Origin: a virus | IMG/VR virus record: IMGVR_UViG_3300027736_000027 | Span: 32,001-96,000 of that record | Reading direction: 5' to 3' (one strand) | Length of the DNA stretch: 64,000 nucleotides | Part shown: in pieces, positions 8,588 through 19,273 of the stretch | Layout: each line of letters begins with the position of its first letter | How positions within the stretch are numbered: position 1 is the first letter of the stretch | Notes under the pieces: generated by a model | The model's input: only the letters and a program-made list of their open reading frames with translations | What the model was told of the DNA's origin: nothing | Databases searched by the model: none | Position numbers and translations under genes: made by a program

Positions 8588-9235
8588 ATGAAAACTTTTA
8601 AATTTTTATCAATTGCCGTACTTACTATACTGTTGTTTACGGATTCAGTTAAAGAAGCTAGTCCAATAAAATTAGAACACAAAGGCTACACTGCATATTA
8701 CAGTAAAACTCTACACTATTCGGTTAATATTGAATGGTGGGATACCCGAGCCAGACTTGTTTGCCCAGAGTCAAAGGTTCCTAGAAAAGATGCATTTGCA
8801 CCTGATCCATTACTGCCTGCTGAAACTGACCTAATGGGCGACTATAAAGGTTCTGGATTTGACCGAGGTCATATGTGTCCAGCTGCAGATAATCAGTGCA
8901 GTTCTGAATTACAAGCAGAGTGTTTTTATTTTTCAAATATGTCACCACAATACCATTCACTAAATGCTGGTATCTGGAAAACACTAGAGTCTAGAACTCG
9001 TGAACTTGCTACCCAATTTGACTCAGTTAAAGTTTGGTGTGGATCGTTAGGTAGTGCTGGTAAAATTGGAACAGTTACAATTCCAACTCATTGCTGGAAA
9101 GTGATTTTTATTAAAAAAACCAAGGTTTGGGAAGCTTATCTTTTTGAAAATACTAAAGTTCAACCTAAAGACCTAGAGAGTAAATTAACACCGCTTTCAA
9201 AAATCGAAACAATTACCCGTATTAAATTTAAATAG
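8588..9235 (+). CDS. DNA/RNA non-specific endonuclease (NucA/EndA family) with signal peptide
   Basis: GFDRGHMCPAAD, FYFSNMSPQ, LNAGIWKTLE; hydrophobic N-terminus from ATG 8588. Confidence 0.9.
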   Translation: MKTFKFLSIAVLTILLFTDSVKEASPIKLEHKGYTAYYSKTLHYSVNIEWWDTRARLVCPESKVPRKDAFAPDPLLPAETDLMGDYKGSGFDRGHMCPAADNQCSSELQAECFYFSNMSPQYHSLNAGIWKTLESRTRELATQFDSVKVWCGSLGSAGKIGTVTIPTHCWKVIFIKKTKVWEAYLFENTKVQPKDLESKLTPLSKIETITRIKFK

Positions 9236-9259
9236 TAGAGACTAAACTCCCCTAATTAA

Positions 9260-9294
9260 AAATGGGTCAGTATTTTTTAGATATTGACCCATTT
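9260..9294. terminator. hairpin between convergent genes
   Basis: AAATGGGTCAGTAT / ATATTGACCCATTT. Confidence 0.7.
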
Positions 9295-9316
9295 GATATT
9301 TTAAAAGAAGTGTATT

Positions 9317-9952
9317 TTACTTTTTACCAGATAAAAATGCAGGTTTTCCGCCTTTTAGTGGCATTTTATTAGTTTCAGGCTTTGCAGATTTAACTGGCTT
9401 ACCGAATAACATTTTAGGCTTCATTGAAGATTCTTCTTCCTCTTCTTCTTCCATTTCCATGTTCTTCTTTGTCATTGGCTTCATTGGCATAGACTTCTTT
9501 GCTGGTTTCATTTTTGCAAATTTCTTGTCAATTGCATCAAGTGCCTCAATTTTTTCCTGCTTCTTAGCCTCAGATAATTCGCTAGCTGACATATTATCCA
9601 TTCTACCCATATTATGTCTGTCGATTTGACGATCTATTTTAGACCGTTGATAGGCATCTGCTTGACCATATAAGGTACGATCCATTTGACGTCCCATACC
9701 CTCAGGCTCTCCACATTCTATACAGTCACCATTATCATCAAACTTATAACAGTCACATGTTGCTAAATCATTACCTTCGTCATCATATCCACTTTCTAAA
9801 TCATTACCTTCGTCATCATATCCACTTTCTTCATAGCGATCATAACGGTTTTGCTTAGGTAACATATTATCATCTCCAGCATTTGGACTAAACATAGAAT
9901 CATGGTGACCTTCATTTACGAATTGACCAAATCTTTTTACTAAATTTTTCAT
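9317..9952 (-). CDS. leader-tagged charged, probably disordered protein
   Basis: MKNLVKRFGQFVNE; duplicated ESGYDDEGNDL; CDC...CIEC; poly-E and Lys/Met-rich tail. Confidence 0.7.
   Translation of the reverse strand: MKNLVKRFGQFVNEGHHDSMFSPNAGDDNMLPKQNRYDRYEESGYDDEGNDLESGYDDEGNDLATCDCYKFDDNGDCIECGEPEGMGRQMDRTLYGQADAYQRSKIDRQIDRHNMGRMDNMSASELSEAKKQEKIEALDAIDKKFAKMKPAKKSMPMKPMTKKNMEMEEEEEEESSMKPKMLFGKPVKSAKPETNKMPLKGGKPAFLSGKK
9763..9830. repeat. 33-bp tandem duplication inside a CDS
   Basis: CTAAATCATTACCTTCGTCATCATATCCACTTT twice. Confidence 0.85.
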
Positions 9953-9981
9953 TTTATTTTTATTTTTTTTTTAATTTTATA

Positions 9982-10416
9982 TTATGGCTCAATATCCTCA
10001 GCCTCTATTCCAGGAATTTCAACTCCTAATCCTAGGGCTTCATCATTAAATTTATTAAAAGCAGCCTCAGCATCTTTCATTGTTTTATTTAATATAATAA
10101 GCGAGTCTTTAAGGGTTTTAACCTTTTCTTTGTCTTCATCAGTTACTGGAGACTTACGAGTTTCAACATCAATTGCCAAAAATTCTTTTTGTTTATCTTT
10201 AAACGCCTTTACTGCAGTTTTACGATCCTGATCTAATTTTTGAAATTTACCGATTTCAGTAGTTTCATCAAATGTTTCAAGATCAGCAGCCGGTGGTTCA
10301 GATTCCATAGAATCGCTAGGTACAGCAGGTACAGCAGGCTGAGCTGCTGGGTCCATTACTGGTGGAGCCTCAACTGTTTCAGATTCTTTAATCCATTCGG
10401 AATATTTATAAATCAT
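9982..10416 (-). CDS. leader-tagged coiled-coil protein
   Basis: MIYKYSEWIKES; GATAAATA on the minus strand at 10436-10443. Confidence 0.7.
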   Translation of the reverse strand: MIYKYSEWIKESETVEAPPVMDPAAQPAVPAVPSDSMESEPPAADLETFDETTEIGKFQKLDQDRKTAVKAFKDKQKEFLAIDVETRKSPVTDEDKEKVKTLKDSLIILNKTMKDAEAAFNKFNDEALGLGVEIPGIEAEDIEP

Positions 10417-10470
10417 TTTAACTTGACTTTTTATTTATTTATCCAAGAACTTTTATAAATAATTTAGAAT

Positions 10471-10815
10471 ATGAAACATATTACTCTATTTGAAAATTGG
10501 AATACCCAGATTCAGCCAAGTGTGGCCAGTGATAGACCTCTTCGTAAATTAAGTGAATTAGGTATTAATCGACTCTTTAAAGATGAACGCTATGAATATG
10601 AACTATTTCCTAGATTTCGTAGACTGCAGCTTCAACACGATGAGTTTGAAAAGAAACCTAATTTAGCACAATGGTTTATTATGATGCAGAATTCGGATGC
10701 TGAATTTTATACACTGGTTCAAACTGGAGCTCTTGGTCAACCTGATGTTAGAGAACTATTTAGAGACTTAACTCGTCGACGTGCATCTAAAATGAAAAAG
10801 TATAACTTATCATAA
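10471..10815 (+). CDS. leader-tagged hypothetical protein
   Basis: MKHITLFENW; TATAAATA at 10454-10461. Confidence 0.7.
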   Translation: MKHITLFENWNTQIQPSVASDRPLRKLSELGINRLFKDERYEYELFPRFRRLQLQHDEFEKKPNLAQWFIMMQNSDAEFYTLVQTGALGQPDVRELFRDLTRRRASKMKKYNLS

Positions 10816-10816
10816 G

Positions 10817-11014
10817 TTAACCAGTAATGGACTTAGTGTAATAAGACCATAGTACTTGACAATACTCATACTTTTCTAATTTTTGAAATTCTTTAATTAT
10901 TGGTAAAATATCAACCCAATATTTAGAAGACGTGCCATTATTTAGCAAGTCCCTATACTTGAGTATAAGTTCTAAATTTAAGTCTTCTTTTTCTTTTTCG
11001 TGAATAGTGTACAT
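10817..11014 (-). CDS. small protein with UVR-like motif
   Basis: EFQKLEKYEYCQVL; likely start MYTIHEK at 11014. Confidence 0.5.
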   Translation of the reverse strand: MYTIHEKEKEDLNLELILKYRDLLNNGTSSKYWVDILPIIKEFQKLEKYEYCQVLWSYYTKSITG

Positions 11015-11972
11015 GAGAATTTTTATTTTTTCTAGGTTTAACCTCAAGCCGGTAGTCAATATTAATTCCAAGTAGCCGATTAATACATGCAACTAAATCA
11101 TAAGTATGTAAACTTAAGACTGTTGTATAGTCATCGGATCGGTATCCACCAAATAGGGCACATGAAACTGGTAGTGGTCGCCCTAACTTTTCATCCATTA
11201 CTTTTACCCAAGCCCAAAAAAAGTCAGCACATTTAGTCCAATACTCAGTACTACACTGATGGCCTAATTCATCGTCACAATGCGAATCTGCACCATGACA
11301 CCAAACTACATAGCTAATTTTACCCGATAAAATAGCTGGTTCCAAGGTATTTTTAATAAAGTCTACTAAATTTTCATAATATGAATAGTCAATTCCAGTT
11401 GGATTAAAATTAAAATTCTCTGGAATAGCCTCATTTATCTCAGGCTGAAATTCCCGACTGTCCTCTATTGAATTACCGAAGTGGCCGTCTAGGTCTAAAT
11501 AACAACCTCTTTTATTAAATTCTCTCCATATTTTAACTGATGCAATTACCTGTCCACTAAATGTACAAAATCCACTACCACCAGTTGGTCTAGCATGGTG
11601 AAACCCGCTGGTTGGACTGAAACTAACGGTTTCCGGCTCCACTATTGAATTTTTTATAGCTGAATATAGAGAGGCATTTGTGTATCTAACTGAGTTAGCA
11701 AATTGCGGACTCCATTCTAAGCCGTTTGATCTAGATAAGTATCCTCCACTAAAAAAATCATCAACATAATTATCGGTATGGGCTAATTTAAAATCAGCAT
11801 TACCGAATATATTAAAATTTTTAGTTATTGAAAAGTTACTTAATAAATTATTGTCTCTAAGATATTCAATTAATAATTTTGGTTTTAGCGGGCTCTTACT
11901 AAAATTTAAACTGGAATTATTTTCTAAAACCTGTTTTTCGTTATAAAATATTTTAATTAGGTTATTCCTCAT
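10953..11972 (-). CDS. zinc-dependent histone deacetylase family (HDAC/AcuC-like) protein
   Basis: GFHHA, SGFCTF, LDLDGHFGN, GADSHCDDELG, GGY motifs. Confidence 0.9.
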   Translation of the reverse strand: MRNNLIKIFYNEKQVLENNSSLNFSKSPLKPKLLIEYLRDNNLLSNFSITKNFNIFGNADFKLAHTDNYVDDFFSGGYLSRSNGLEWSPQFANSVRYTNASLYSAIKNSIVEPETVSFSPTSGFHHARPTGGSGFCTFSGQVIASVKIWREFNKRGCYLDLDGHFGNSIEDSREFQPEINEAIPENFNFNPTGIDYSYYENLVDFIKNTLEPAILSGKISYVVWCHGADSHCDDELGHQCSTEYWTKCADFFWAWVKVMDEKLGRPLPVSCALFGGYRSDDYTTVLSLHTYDLVACINRLLGINIDYRLEVKPRKNKNSHVHYSRKRKRRLKFRTYTQV

Positions 11973-11989
11973 AGTATTATTATACCAAA

Positions 11990-12021
11990 AAAAATGAGCT
12001 AATTTGAGTTAGCTCATTTTT
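11990..12021. terminator. terminator after dnaK, overlapping the HDAC class-II promoter (11979-12005)
   Basis: AAAAATGAGCTAA / TTAGCTCATTTTT. Confidence 0.75.
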
Positions 12022-12040
12022 AATTACTAAAAAAGTTATA

Positions 12041-13909
12041 TTATTTTACCTCTTCAAAATCGGCATCTGCAACTGGCTCATCAGCAGTAGGCGAAGTAGG
12101 TTCGGCCTGATTGGCTTTATACATATCTTCACTGGCTGCTGTCCAGGCTGCATTTATTGCAGCTAGAGCAGAGTCAATTTTTGAAAGGTCTTTAGCTGAA
12201 TACGCCTCCTTTAACTCAGTTAAAGCGGTTTCAATACCTGTCTTTTTCTCGGCAGGTATTTTATCTCCATATTCATTTAACTGTTTTTCGGTTTGAAAAA
12301 CCATACTATCAGCTTCATTTAATTTCTCAACTTCTTCTTTTACTTTTTTATCAGAATCTGCATTCATTTCAGCCTCACGTTTCATGCGATCAATTTCTTC
12401 TTTGCTTAAACCGCTTTTTGCCTCAATCCTGATATTATGTGATTTACCGGTTGCTTTATCTTTTGCACTTACATTTAAGATACCATTTGCATCAATATCC
12501 AAAGTAACTTCAACCTGAGGTACACCTCTTTGAGCTGGCGGAATTCCATCTAAATTAAATTCACCTAACTTTCTGTTATCTTTTGCCATTGGTCTCTCAC
12601 CTTGAAAAACAACTATTTGAACTGATGGCTGGTTATCCGCCGCTGTACTAAAATCTTGCGATTTTTTAGTTGGAATAGTTGTATTTGACTCTATTAATTT
12701 GGTAAATACTCCACCAACGGTTTCAATACCTAATGATAATGGAGTAACATCTAATAATAATACATCCTTTACATCACCAGATAAAACTCCTCCTTGAATT
12801 GCGGCGCCTAGTGCAACCACTTCATCTGGATTTACACTTCTATTTGGGGCTTTACCAAAGAATTTTTCAACTGCTGCTTGAATGGCTGGAATTCGGGTTG
12901 ATCCACCGACCAGGATAATTTCATCAATATCAGCCGTTGATAAACCTGCATTTTTTAGAGCAGATTTACATGGTTTAATTGTACGCTTAATCAAACTATC
13001 TGATAACTGTTCAAATTTAGCACGAGTAAGTGTTTTAACTAGGTGTTTAGGTATTCCATTTACCGGCATTATATACGGTAAATTAATTTCGGTACTGGTT
13101 GAACTAGATAATTCAACTTTTGCTTTTTCGGCCCCTTCCTTTAATCGTTGCAGAGACATTGGGTCGTGACGCAAATCTAAACCTTCTTCTTTTTTAAATT
13201 CATCGGCTAACCAGTCAATAATTACCTGATCAAAATCATCTCCACCTAGGTGAGTATCTCCATCGGTACTTTTAACCTCAAATACTCCATCACCTAGTTC
13301 AAGAACAGAAACGTCGTGTGTACCGCCTCCGCAATCAAACACAACAATTTTCATCTCTTTGCCTTTTTTATCCATACCATAGGCAAGAGCTGCAGCGGTA
13401 GGCTCATTGATAATTCGCTTTACCGTTAAACCTGCAATTTCGCCGGCCTCTTTGGTTGCCTGACGCTGAGCATCATTAAAGTAAGCAGGTACAGTAATAA
13501 CCGCTTCAGTTACTTCGGTTCCTAAATATTCTTCGGCTGTTTTTTTCATTTTTTGTAAAATGATAGCCGAAATTTCTTGAGCCGTATATTTTCTATCGTC
13601 AATTTCTACACGTGGGCTATTGTTTTCGCCTTTTACTATTAGATAAGGAACTTTTGCAATTTCCTTTACAATCTCAGCATACGTGTGGCCCATAAAACGT
13701 TTAATTGAATAAACTGTTTTTTTAGGATTAGTGATTGACTGTCGTTTTGCTGGATCTCCAACCTTACGTTCGCCGCCTTCTATAAAGGCAACAATTGAAG
13801 GCGTGGTACGTTTTCCTTCATTATTTGCAATAACCACAGGTTCATTACCTTCCATGACTGAAACACAACTATTAGTTGTTCCCAAGTCTATTCCTATTAT
13901 TTTTCCCAT
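12041..13909 (-). CDS. dnaK: chaperone DnaK (Hsp70), Bacteroidota-like
   Basis: [36 protein letters not shown]; full-length 622 aa. Confidence 0.98.
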   Translation of the reverse strand: MGKIIGIDLGTTNSCVSVMEGNEPVVIANNEGKRTTPSIVAFIEGGERKVGDPAKRQSITNPKKTVYSIKRFMGHTYAEIVKEIAKVPYLIVKGENNSPRVEIDDRKYTAQEISAIILQKMKKTAEEYLGTEVTEAVITVPAYFNDAQRQATKEAGEIAGLTVKRIINEPTAAALAYGMDKKGKEMKIVVFDCGGGTHDVSVLELGDGVFEVKSTDGDTHLGGDDFDQVIIDWLADEFKKEEGLDLRHDPMSLQRLKEGAEKAKVELSSSTSTEINLPYIMPVNGIPKHLVKTLTRAKFEQLSDSLIKRTIKPCKSALKNAGLSTADIDEIILVGGSTRIPAIQAAVEKFFGKAPNRSVNPDEVVALGAAIQGGVLSGDVKDVLLLDVTPLSLGIETVGGVFTKLIESNTTIPTKKSQDFSTAADNQPSVQIVVFQGERPMAKDNRKLGEFNLDGIPPAQRGVPQVEVTLDIDANGILNVSAKDKATGKSHNIRIEAKSGLSKEEIDRMKREAEMNADSDKKVKEEVEKLNEADSMVFQTEKQLNEYGDKIPAEKKTGIETALTELKEAYSAKDLSKIDSALAAINAAWTAASEDMYKANQAEPTSPTADEPVADADFEEVK

Positions 13910-14045
13910 TTTAATAAATTATTTTTAAGTAAATGTACTTTAACTTTAATAAAATTGGCAAGCCTGCCAAAATTATAAGCCACTTTTTTTAATTTTTGAT
14001 TTTTTGTTGATTTTTGCATAATTTGTCTTTTTAATATACTATATA

Positions 14046-14086
14046 ACAAATTCTATGCCAGTGTATTAAATATGACAAATTGTCAT
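14046..14086 (-). promoter_or_regulatory. putative sigma-54-like site plus palindromic operator upstream of dnaK
   Basis: TGGCATAGAATTTGT (GG-N10-GT) at 14046-14060; palindrome ATGACAAATTGTCAT at 14072-14086. Confidence 0.45.
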
Positions 14087-14790
14087 GCTTCTTTAAAATA
14101 TTTGTCAATATCGTCAATCCATGAAAATAATTCAGAAACAATAATTGGTCCACCTGTATTAACGGATTGAAATTCTTCTGGATGGTCTTTTATCTTGGTA
14201 AAGGTAATACTATTTGTTATTTGAGAAAAAATACAAGAAAGAGCCTCATATAGGGTCCATTGAATTATTCCTTCAAATTCAACCTCATTTTTTTCGGTAT
14301 CCATATACTCTAAATAGTCATCAATCTGTATAGTTAAGGTACACCAGTCATCAAACTTAATATCAGTTAATGAGTACAGAACATCTTCATCACCAGTCTC
14401 GCCAATCACCTCTAATCCCATTAGAGTTGGATAGCTAATAATATATGGAATCGATATTTCAGATTTTCTAATTTCGCCTAACTTAATTAAATACAGTTCA
14501 GTTGGCTCAATTAAACTAAGCCCAACCGGCTTATTAATAATTGATAAAATTTCATCAAATGGTACAATTAATAGAGATTTACTAAATGCAAACTCTAAGT
14601 CTTCTTGATACTGTGCAAAAAGTAATAATAAGTCAGTAATGGTTAAAAATTCTTCAATTTCTATACTATATTGAAAATACCAAGTAATTGGTAAATCTGA
14701 ATCAGAGATAAGTCTATCATTCCAGGAGAGGGTAGATTCATCCCAAAATGAAAAATATAGACCTGATTTTTTTATTATAATCTTTTCCAT
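14083..14790 (-). CDS. hypothetical protein
   Basis: 235-aa acidic ORF. Confidence 0.65.
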   Translation of the reverse strand: MEKIIIKKSGLYFSFWDESTLSWNDRLISDSDLPITWYFQYSIEIEEFLTITDLLLLFAQYQEDLEFAFSKSLLIVPFDEILSIINKPVGLSLIEPTELYLIKLGEIRKSEISIPYIISYPTLMGLEVIGETGDEDVLYSLTDIKFDDWCTLTIQIDDYLEYMDTEKNEVEFEGIIQWTLYEALSCIFSQITNSITFTKIKDHPEEFQSVNTGGPIIVSELFSWIDDIDKYFKEA

Positions 14791-14878
14791 TCTATATTAT
14801 TTATTTAGTATAACTATATTACACCAATTAATATTAAAGATCTCTTAAATAAATAAAACAAATAAATATATTAATTAT

Positions 14879-16843
14879 ATGATAAATTCATTTATTGAAT
14901 TAGTTAATGAATCAAATACACCTACTGGTCTAGTTGATGAAATGGGGATTAAAAGGGTTGAACGATTAAGCGGCAGCGACATGGGTGCAATGAGACAGGC
15001 CTCTCTTGATTTACGTAATAGACAACCGGTTAAGCCTAAAATATTTGAAGAAGTTGCTGGTGAATTAATATTAAAATTAAGACAAATTAACAGGTCTGAT
15101 ATTATAGTTGAGCCTATTTCAAATACTCGAAACTATTATATTAAATTTCCAACTGATATCGTTGAGTTAATGAAGTCTCTTAAATCAATTAATGAGTCTA
15201 AATTTGTTGATCTATTTGGAAAATGGAGAGATGTATTTCCAACCTATTCAGATGCAATTAAATTTAAAATTGATGATGAAGACTCATTTCAAAGAAGCCA
15301 TTTTCCCGGTGGAGGAATTCCACCTTCATTACGAGGTATTGGTCTAGGCTATAAAATGTACAGACAAGTATTAAAAACACTTGGCTATATTTCATCAAAT
15401 CCATCTGGCTCAACTGAAAAGGATAAGGCTTGGGGTTCTCTACTTTCATTTAAAGGAACCAATGGTATTGCAAATGAAGATGATGCTCATGCAATAATTG
15501 GAGTAAGAAATTGGTTAGCAATGGACAAAGCCTTGCCAACCGCTAAAAAAATTAAAGTTGCTGACTCTTTTATAGCTTCACTAGGTGGAACCAGCAGTAC
15601 TTCACCAACTAAATTTGATATAGATGATGAGCTATTAGAAATTTTACCAAATACTGTATTAGTTAAATTAAACAGTGACTATATTCGATCGCTAGTTACA
15701 GATTCACGAATATCTAGAGAAAAGGCTGAGCAAATTGAGTCAAGTAGAGATGAAGCGGATCGCCTTGCTCAAGAACGCCAAGCTAGACAACAGCAAGTCG
15801 ATCGAGAGAGACAAGCTAGAGAAGAAGTGGAAGTTCGCGAAAGACTTGCTGACCGAATCAGACAATATGGTGCTGATCCAGATGCAGATTGGGATATTGG
15901 TGATTTTATTGTTGTGAAGACCTATCTATACGATGCAAACTATTCAGGGCTGCCAATTCGTAGAGTTGTTTCCAGAAATAATACAGAGTATCGAGCTGCC
16001 AAAATATCAGATGCAATCAGAATAGATAATGGAGAAATTACTCCAACTCAATCAAATGATTCCAGAACAACAACCACAAAATCTTCATGGGTTAAGGTTA
16101 ATATTAATCAAATACCTGACCTAACTAGAGTTAATTTATCAACTGCTGAAATTAGATACGTTGAGGCCCTATTAAATCCAGAACTGGTTGCAGCTAGACA
16201 GGCTGAAGTAGAAGCGGCAACTGCCCGTAGATTAGAGACCGAGCGTACTCAAAATGCTGAGCGTGCTCAAAGTTTAGCTACATTTGGAACATTTCCGCCA
16301 ACTGGTGCAGAACTTAAGCGCGACATGGCAAACCGGTCAGCGCTTAGAAATTTTGAACTAGTAAAGAAATTTAAGTCACAAGATTTTACTAGAAATTTAC
16401 AGTTTATTGTATTAGGCCCAGCACAAAGAGACATGTTTAGAAATAATTGGGGAATTCCAGTTTTTATTCCATGGAAAGGATCACAATATAACCCTAGACC
16501 AATTAGCAGCCTGGCTGAATTAACTGAGTCTAATGCTCAAAATATTACACTAACCAATCCAGTAAATGGAGTTACCATAAATTATCCGTATGTTGGACTG
16601 GGTTTAACTGGCTATCAATTAAGTGAAGTTACAATGGATGATAAATTATCTGCAAGATCTGGTCAACACTATTATATTGCAGGTCACCAAAATGCATTTG
16701 GAATTATTGCGAAAAGTGAGTATGGTGCACGAAATACATCTGATCAGAAATTTATTTATGTAAAAGCATATGGTTGGGGAGATCGTAGCGTGTCAGTTAG
16801 ACTTGATCTACTTAGAAAGATTGGCGAGCCTATTCAAATTTAA
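14879..16843 (+). CDS. leader-tagged multidomain protein with GNAT-like acetyltransferase domain and coiled coils
   Basis: MINSFIELVNES; acetyl-CoA motif IPPSLRGIGLGYKMY; E/R/Q-rich coils. Confidence 0.7.
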   Translation: MINSFIELVNESNTPTGLVDEMGIKRVERLSGSDMGAMRQASLDLRNRQPVKPKIFEEVAGELILKLRQINRSDIIVEPISNTRNYYIKFPTDIVELMKSLKSINESKFVDLFGKWRDVFPTYSDAIKFKIDDEDSFQRSHFPGGGIPPSLRGIGLGYKMYRQVLKTLGYISSNPSGSTEKDKAWGSLLSFKGTNGIANEDDAHAIIGVRNWLAMDKALPTAKKIKVADSFIASLGGTSSTSPTKFDIDDELLEILPNTVLVKLNSDYIRSLVTDSRISREKAEQIESSRDEADRLAQERQARQQQVDRERQAREEVEVRERLADRIRQYGADPDADWDIGDFIVVKTYLYDANYSGLPIRRVVSRNNTEYRAAKISDAIRIDNGEITPTQSNDSRTTTTKSSWVKVNINQIPDLTRVNLSTAEIRYVEALLNPELVAARQAEVEAATARRLETERTQNAERAQSLATFGTFPPTGAELKRDMANRSALRNFELVKKFKSQDFTRNLQFIVLGPAQRDMFRNNWGIPVFIPWKGSQYNPRPISSLAELTESNAQNITLTNPVNGVTINYPYVGLGLTGYQLSEVTMDDKLSARSGQHYYIAGHQNAFGIIAKSEYGARNTSDQKFIYVKAYGWGDRSVSVRLDLLRKIGEPIQI

Positions 16844-16846
16844 CCT

Positions 16847-17593
16847 TTAGATAATTGGATGTAGTTTGTAAAATTTAGCAAGACGTTCCCTAAATTTAAA
16901 ATAATATTCCTTCATTTCACTAGGACTAATTGAAAAGTGCTGAGGCTTATCAGTAACCTCATTTGATATCCAAATTTTACAGGTGGTAGATTTAATATTA
17001 AGTCTATCCCAAATTGCAACTGAATAGGCTGCAACTTGATGTTTATAATCCTCTATCCATTTCTCGTCCTTTGGTTTTTTTGCAGTTTTAAAATCAACTA
17101 CTCCAATATCTCCAGTTATTAACTCGGATACATTATCGACTGTTCCAGCATAGCCGCCATCCCTAGAGGTCCATAGAAATTTTTCTTGAGCAATTACTTT
17201 GTGAATTTCATTAAATGAATTGGCCTTGATAAAATTGTAAAAGAGCATTCCGCCAACAATCTTAGCTCGGGTATCAAATTTTTCAATTTCGTCATCTAGT
17301 CTTGAAATTGATAGAGTCTCATCTAATCGGTCTTTTTGGCTTAGCGAACTTGGTAAATTTAGATAGAGTTCGCATAGTCTGTGCATCACAGTACCTCGAT
17401 TTGCTGCATCCTGGCCAATTTGGTCAGCTTTTGCATGGCCAATTCGGTCTCTCCATTGATTGAGCCCGGTTTTGTCAGAGGTTTCCCCCAATACTGTTGT
17501 AACACTAGGAAAGGTTCCAACTATTCCAGACTCATTAATTACTTGATAATATCTGAATCCGTTTATTACTACTCTTTTTATTTTGTCGGCCAT
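16847..17593 (-). CDS. PD-(D/E)XK exonuclease (Cas4/RecB-like phage type)
   Basis: PSVTTVL, YAGTVD, VVDFKT, QVAAY; class-II promoter at 17622-17648. Confidence 0.85.
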   Translation of the reverse strand: MADKIKRVVINGFRYYQVINESGIVGTFPSVTTVLGETSDKTGLNQWRDRIGHAKADQIGQDAANRGTVMHRLCELYLNLPSSLSQKDRLDETLSISRLDDEIEKFDTRAKIVGGMLFYNFIKANSFNEIHKVIAQEKFLWTSRDGGYAGTVDNVSELITGDIGVVDFKTAKKPKDEKWIEDYKHQVAAYSVAIWDRLNIKSTTCKIWISNEVTDKPQHFSISPSEMKEYYFKFRERLAKFYKLHPII

Positions 17594-17650
17594 GTGTTGA
17601 TAAATAGATATAATTAATACTCTAATACAAAAAATATAGTTAAAGTTTAT

Positions 17651-18013
17651 ATGCTTAAGAAATTTGATGAATTTAATCAGGAATTAAATGAAGGATTTTG
17701 GGATTGGTTAACTGGAAAATCTGAAACAGGTGACGCTAAAAAACCTAAAAAGAGCAAGGACGATGGCCCCGGTATAACCGATTCAACTACTAACGACTAT
17801 TATAAAACACTACAAGACTTTGCTGATTCAGGAAAGTCAATCGCAGTTCAAAAATATGGCAGTATGGAATATTCTAAAATGGTTGAAGATATTCAAATTG
17901 CTCTGAAATTTTTAGGATATCCACTTCCCAAATATGGAGTAGATGGATACTTTGGTAAAGAGACATTTGACTCAATTGCTAAGTTTAACACTGATACTAT
18001 AAGTAAAAAATAA
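17651..18013 (+). CDS. leader-tagged peptidoglycan-binding domain protein
   Basis: MLKKFDEFNQELNE; IQIALKFLGYPLPKYGVDGYFGKET. Confidence 0.8.
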   Translation: MLKKFDEFNQELNEGFWDWLTGKSETGDAKKPKKSKDDGPGITDSTTNDYYKTLQDFADSGKSIAVQKYGSMEYSKMVEDIQIALKFLGYPLPKYGVDGYFGKETFDSIAKFNTDTISKK

Positions 18014-18022
18014 ATAAATTAA

Positions 18023-19273
18023 ATGATACGCAGTTTTAGCAAATTTATAAAAACACTTAATGAGTCAACCCTAATGTCACCATTGCCTGTCTTTAATGTA
18101 ACTCACCCATTTGGAGAACCCAGGACATCACGTCCGCATAATGGTGTTGATTTGGCGACATATAGAGATGGAAAAATTGCATCTGGAGTGCCAGTTACTT
18201 CACCAGCTGACGGAGAGGTAATTGTTGCTAATATAAATGGTAATAGTATGTGTGGCGGAACTATTAGAATTAAACATGCTAATAATATTGTAACCGGTTA
18301 TTGTCATATTAAACAAGTTGATGTAAAAACCGGGGACCAAGTTAAACAGGGCCAAGTTATTGGATTAAGCGGTGGTGGAGCTGGTGATATAGGAAAAGGC
18401 AATTCAACCGGACCGCATTTACATTTTACCGTTACTGTAAATAATGAGGTGGTTGATCCAGCTGAATATATTGATAAACTTAATTTGCCACAATCTACTG
18501 AAAAAGTTGATGATAACACTGTATTAATTAATGCTGATTTAATTAACAGATTAATTAAAAAGTTGAAGGAGAAGAATTTTAGCCAAAGCGATTTAAGCGC
18601 CTATTCTAAATCTAGCGATTCCAAATCTAGTGGTGGATCACAGTCTACTGGTAATATTAATATTAGTTCTGGAAACTTTGACACAAATCAAAAAGAAAAT
18701 ATTTCATTATTAATTAGTTCAATGACAGCTAAAGGAATAACTGATCCACTTACCCAAATAGGTATATTATCCGTAATTTCAAAAGAGTGTAATTTTAAAC
18801 CTAAAAGTGAAGTTGGATATGACACAACCTCAAACTCAAGAATTAAAGGAATATTTGGAAGTAGAGTTAGCAGCTTATCTGATTCAGAATTAGATGCTCT
18901 TAAGAGTAAGCCTGAAGATTTTTTTAATTTGGTTTATGCAAATATTATTGGTAATGGACCAGCGTCAAGTGGAGACGGTTGGACATATAGAGGTCGTGGA
19001 TTTAACCAGTTAACCGGTAGAGCTAATTATAAAAAATACGGAAATATAATAGGTAAAGACCTAGTTGGCAATCCGGATTTGGTAAACGATCCTAAAATAG
19101 CTGCAGATATTGCAATAGCATTTGCAACAAAAGGAAAACCTGCATCAAACTTTCCAACCTTTACTGATAAAACTGCCGCTGCTGAATTTTTTGCAGATAT
19201 TAACGCAGGCGGCGGAGTAAGTAGCCATCGAAGTCATGCAGTTGCTGCCACTAATAAGTTTAATATTGCATAA
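18023..19273 (+). CDS. leader-tagged M23 peptidase + GH19-like lysozyme
   Basis: MIRSFSKFIKTLNES; HNGVD, YCH, STGPHLHF; DGWTYRGRGFNQLTGRANY. Confidence 0.9.
   Translation: MIRSFSKFIKTLNESTLMSPLPVFNVTHPFGEPRTSRPHNGVDLATYRDGKIASGVPVTSPADGEVIVANINGNSMCGGTIRIKHANNIVTGYCHIKQVDVKTGDQVKQGQVIGLSGGGAGDIGKGNSTGPHLHFTVTVNNEVVDPAEYIDKLNLPQSTEKVDDNTVLINADLINRLIKKLKEKNFSQSDLSAYSKSSDSKSSGGSQSTGNINISSGNFDTNQKENISLLISSMTAKGITDPLTQIGILSVISKECNFKPKSEVGYDTTSNSRIKGIFGSRVSSLSDSELDALKSKPEDFFNLVYANIIGNGPASSGDGWTYRGRGFNQLTGRANYKKYGNIIGKDLVGNPDLVNDPKIAADIAIAFATKGKPASNFPTFTDKTAAAEFFADINAGGGVSSHRSHAVAATNKFNIA

Noticed and set aside
12041-13909. Bacterial chromosome or host contamination suggested by dnaK, phoH, ssrA and sigma
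   Set aside because: These genes are interleaved with T4-like morphogenesis genes and phage promoter motifs, with no grpE/dnaJ or other host operon context
17651-18030. Read-through or frameshift fusion of the PG-binding gene to the M23/GH19 gene
   Set aside because: Two in-frame TAA codons intervene and the second gene has its own leader
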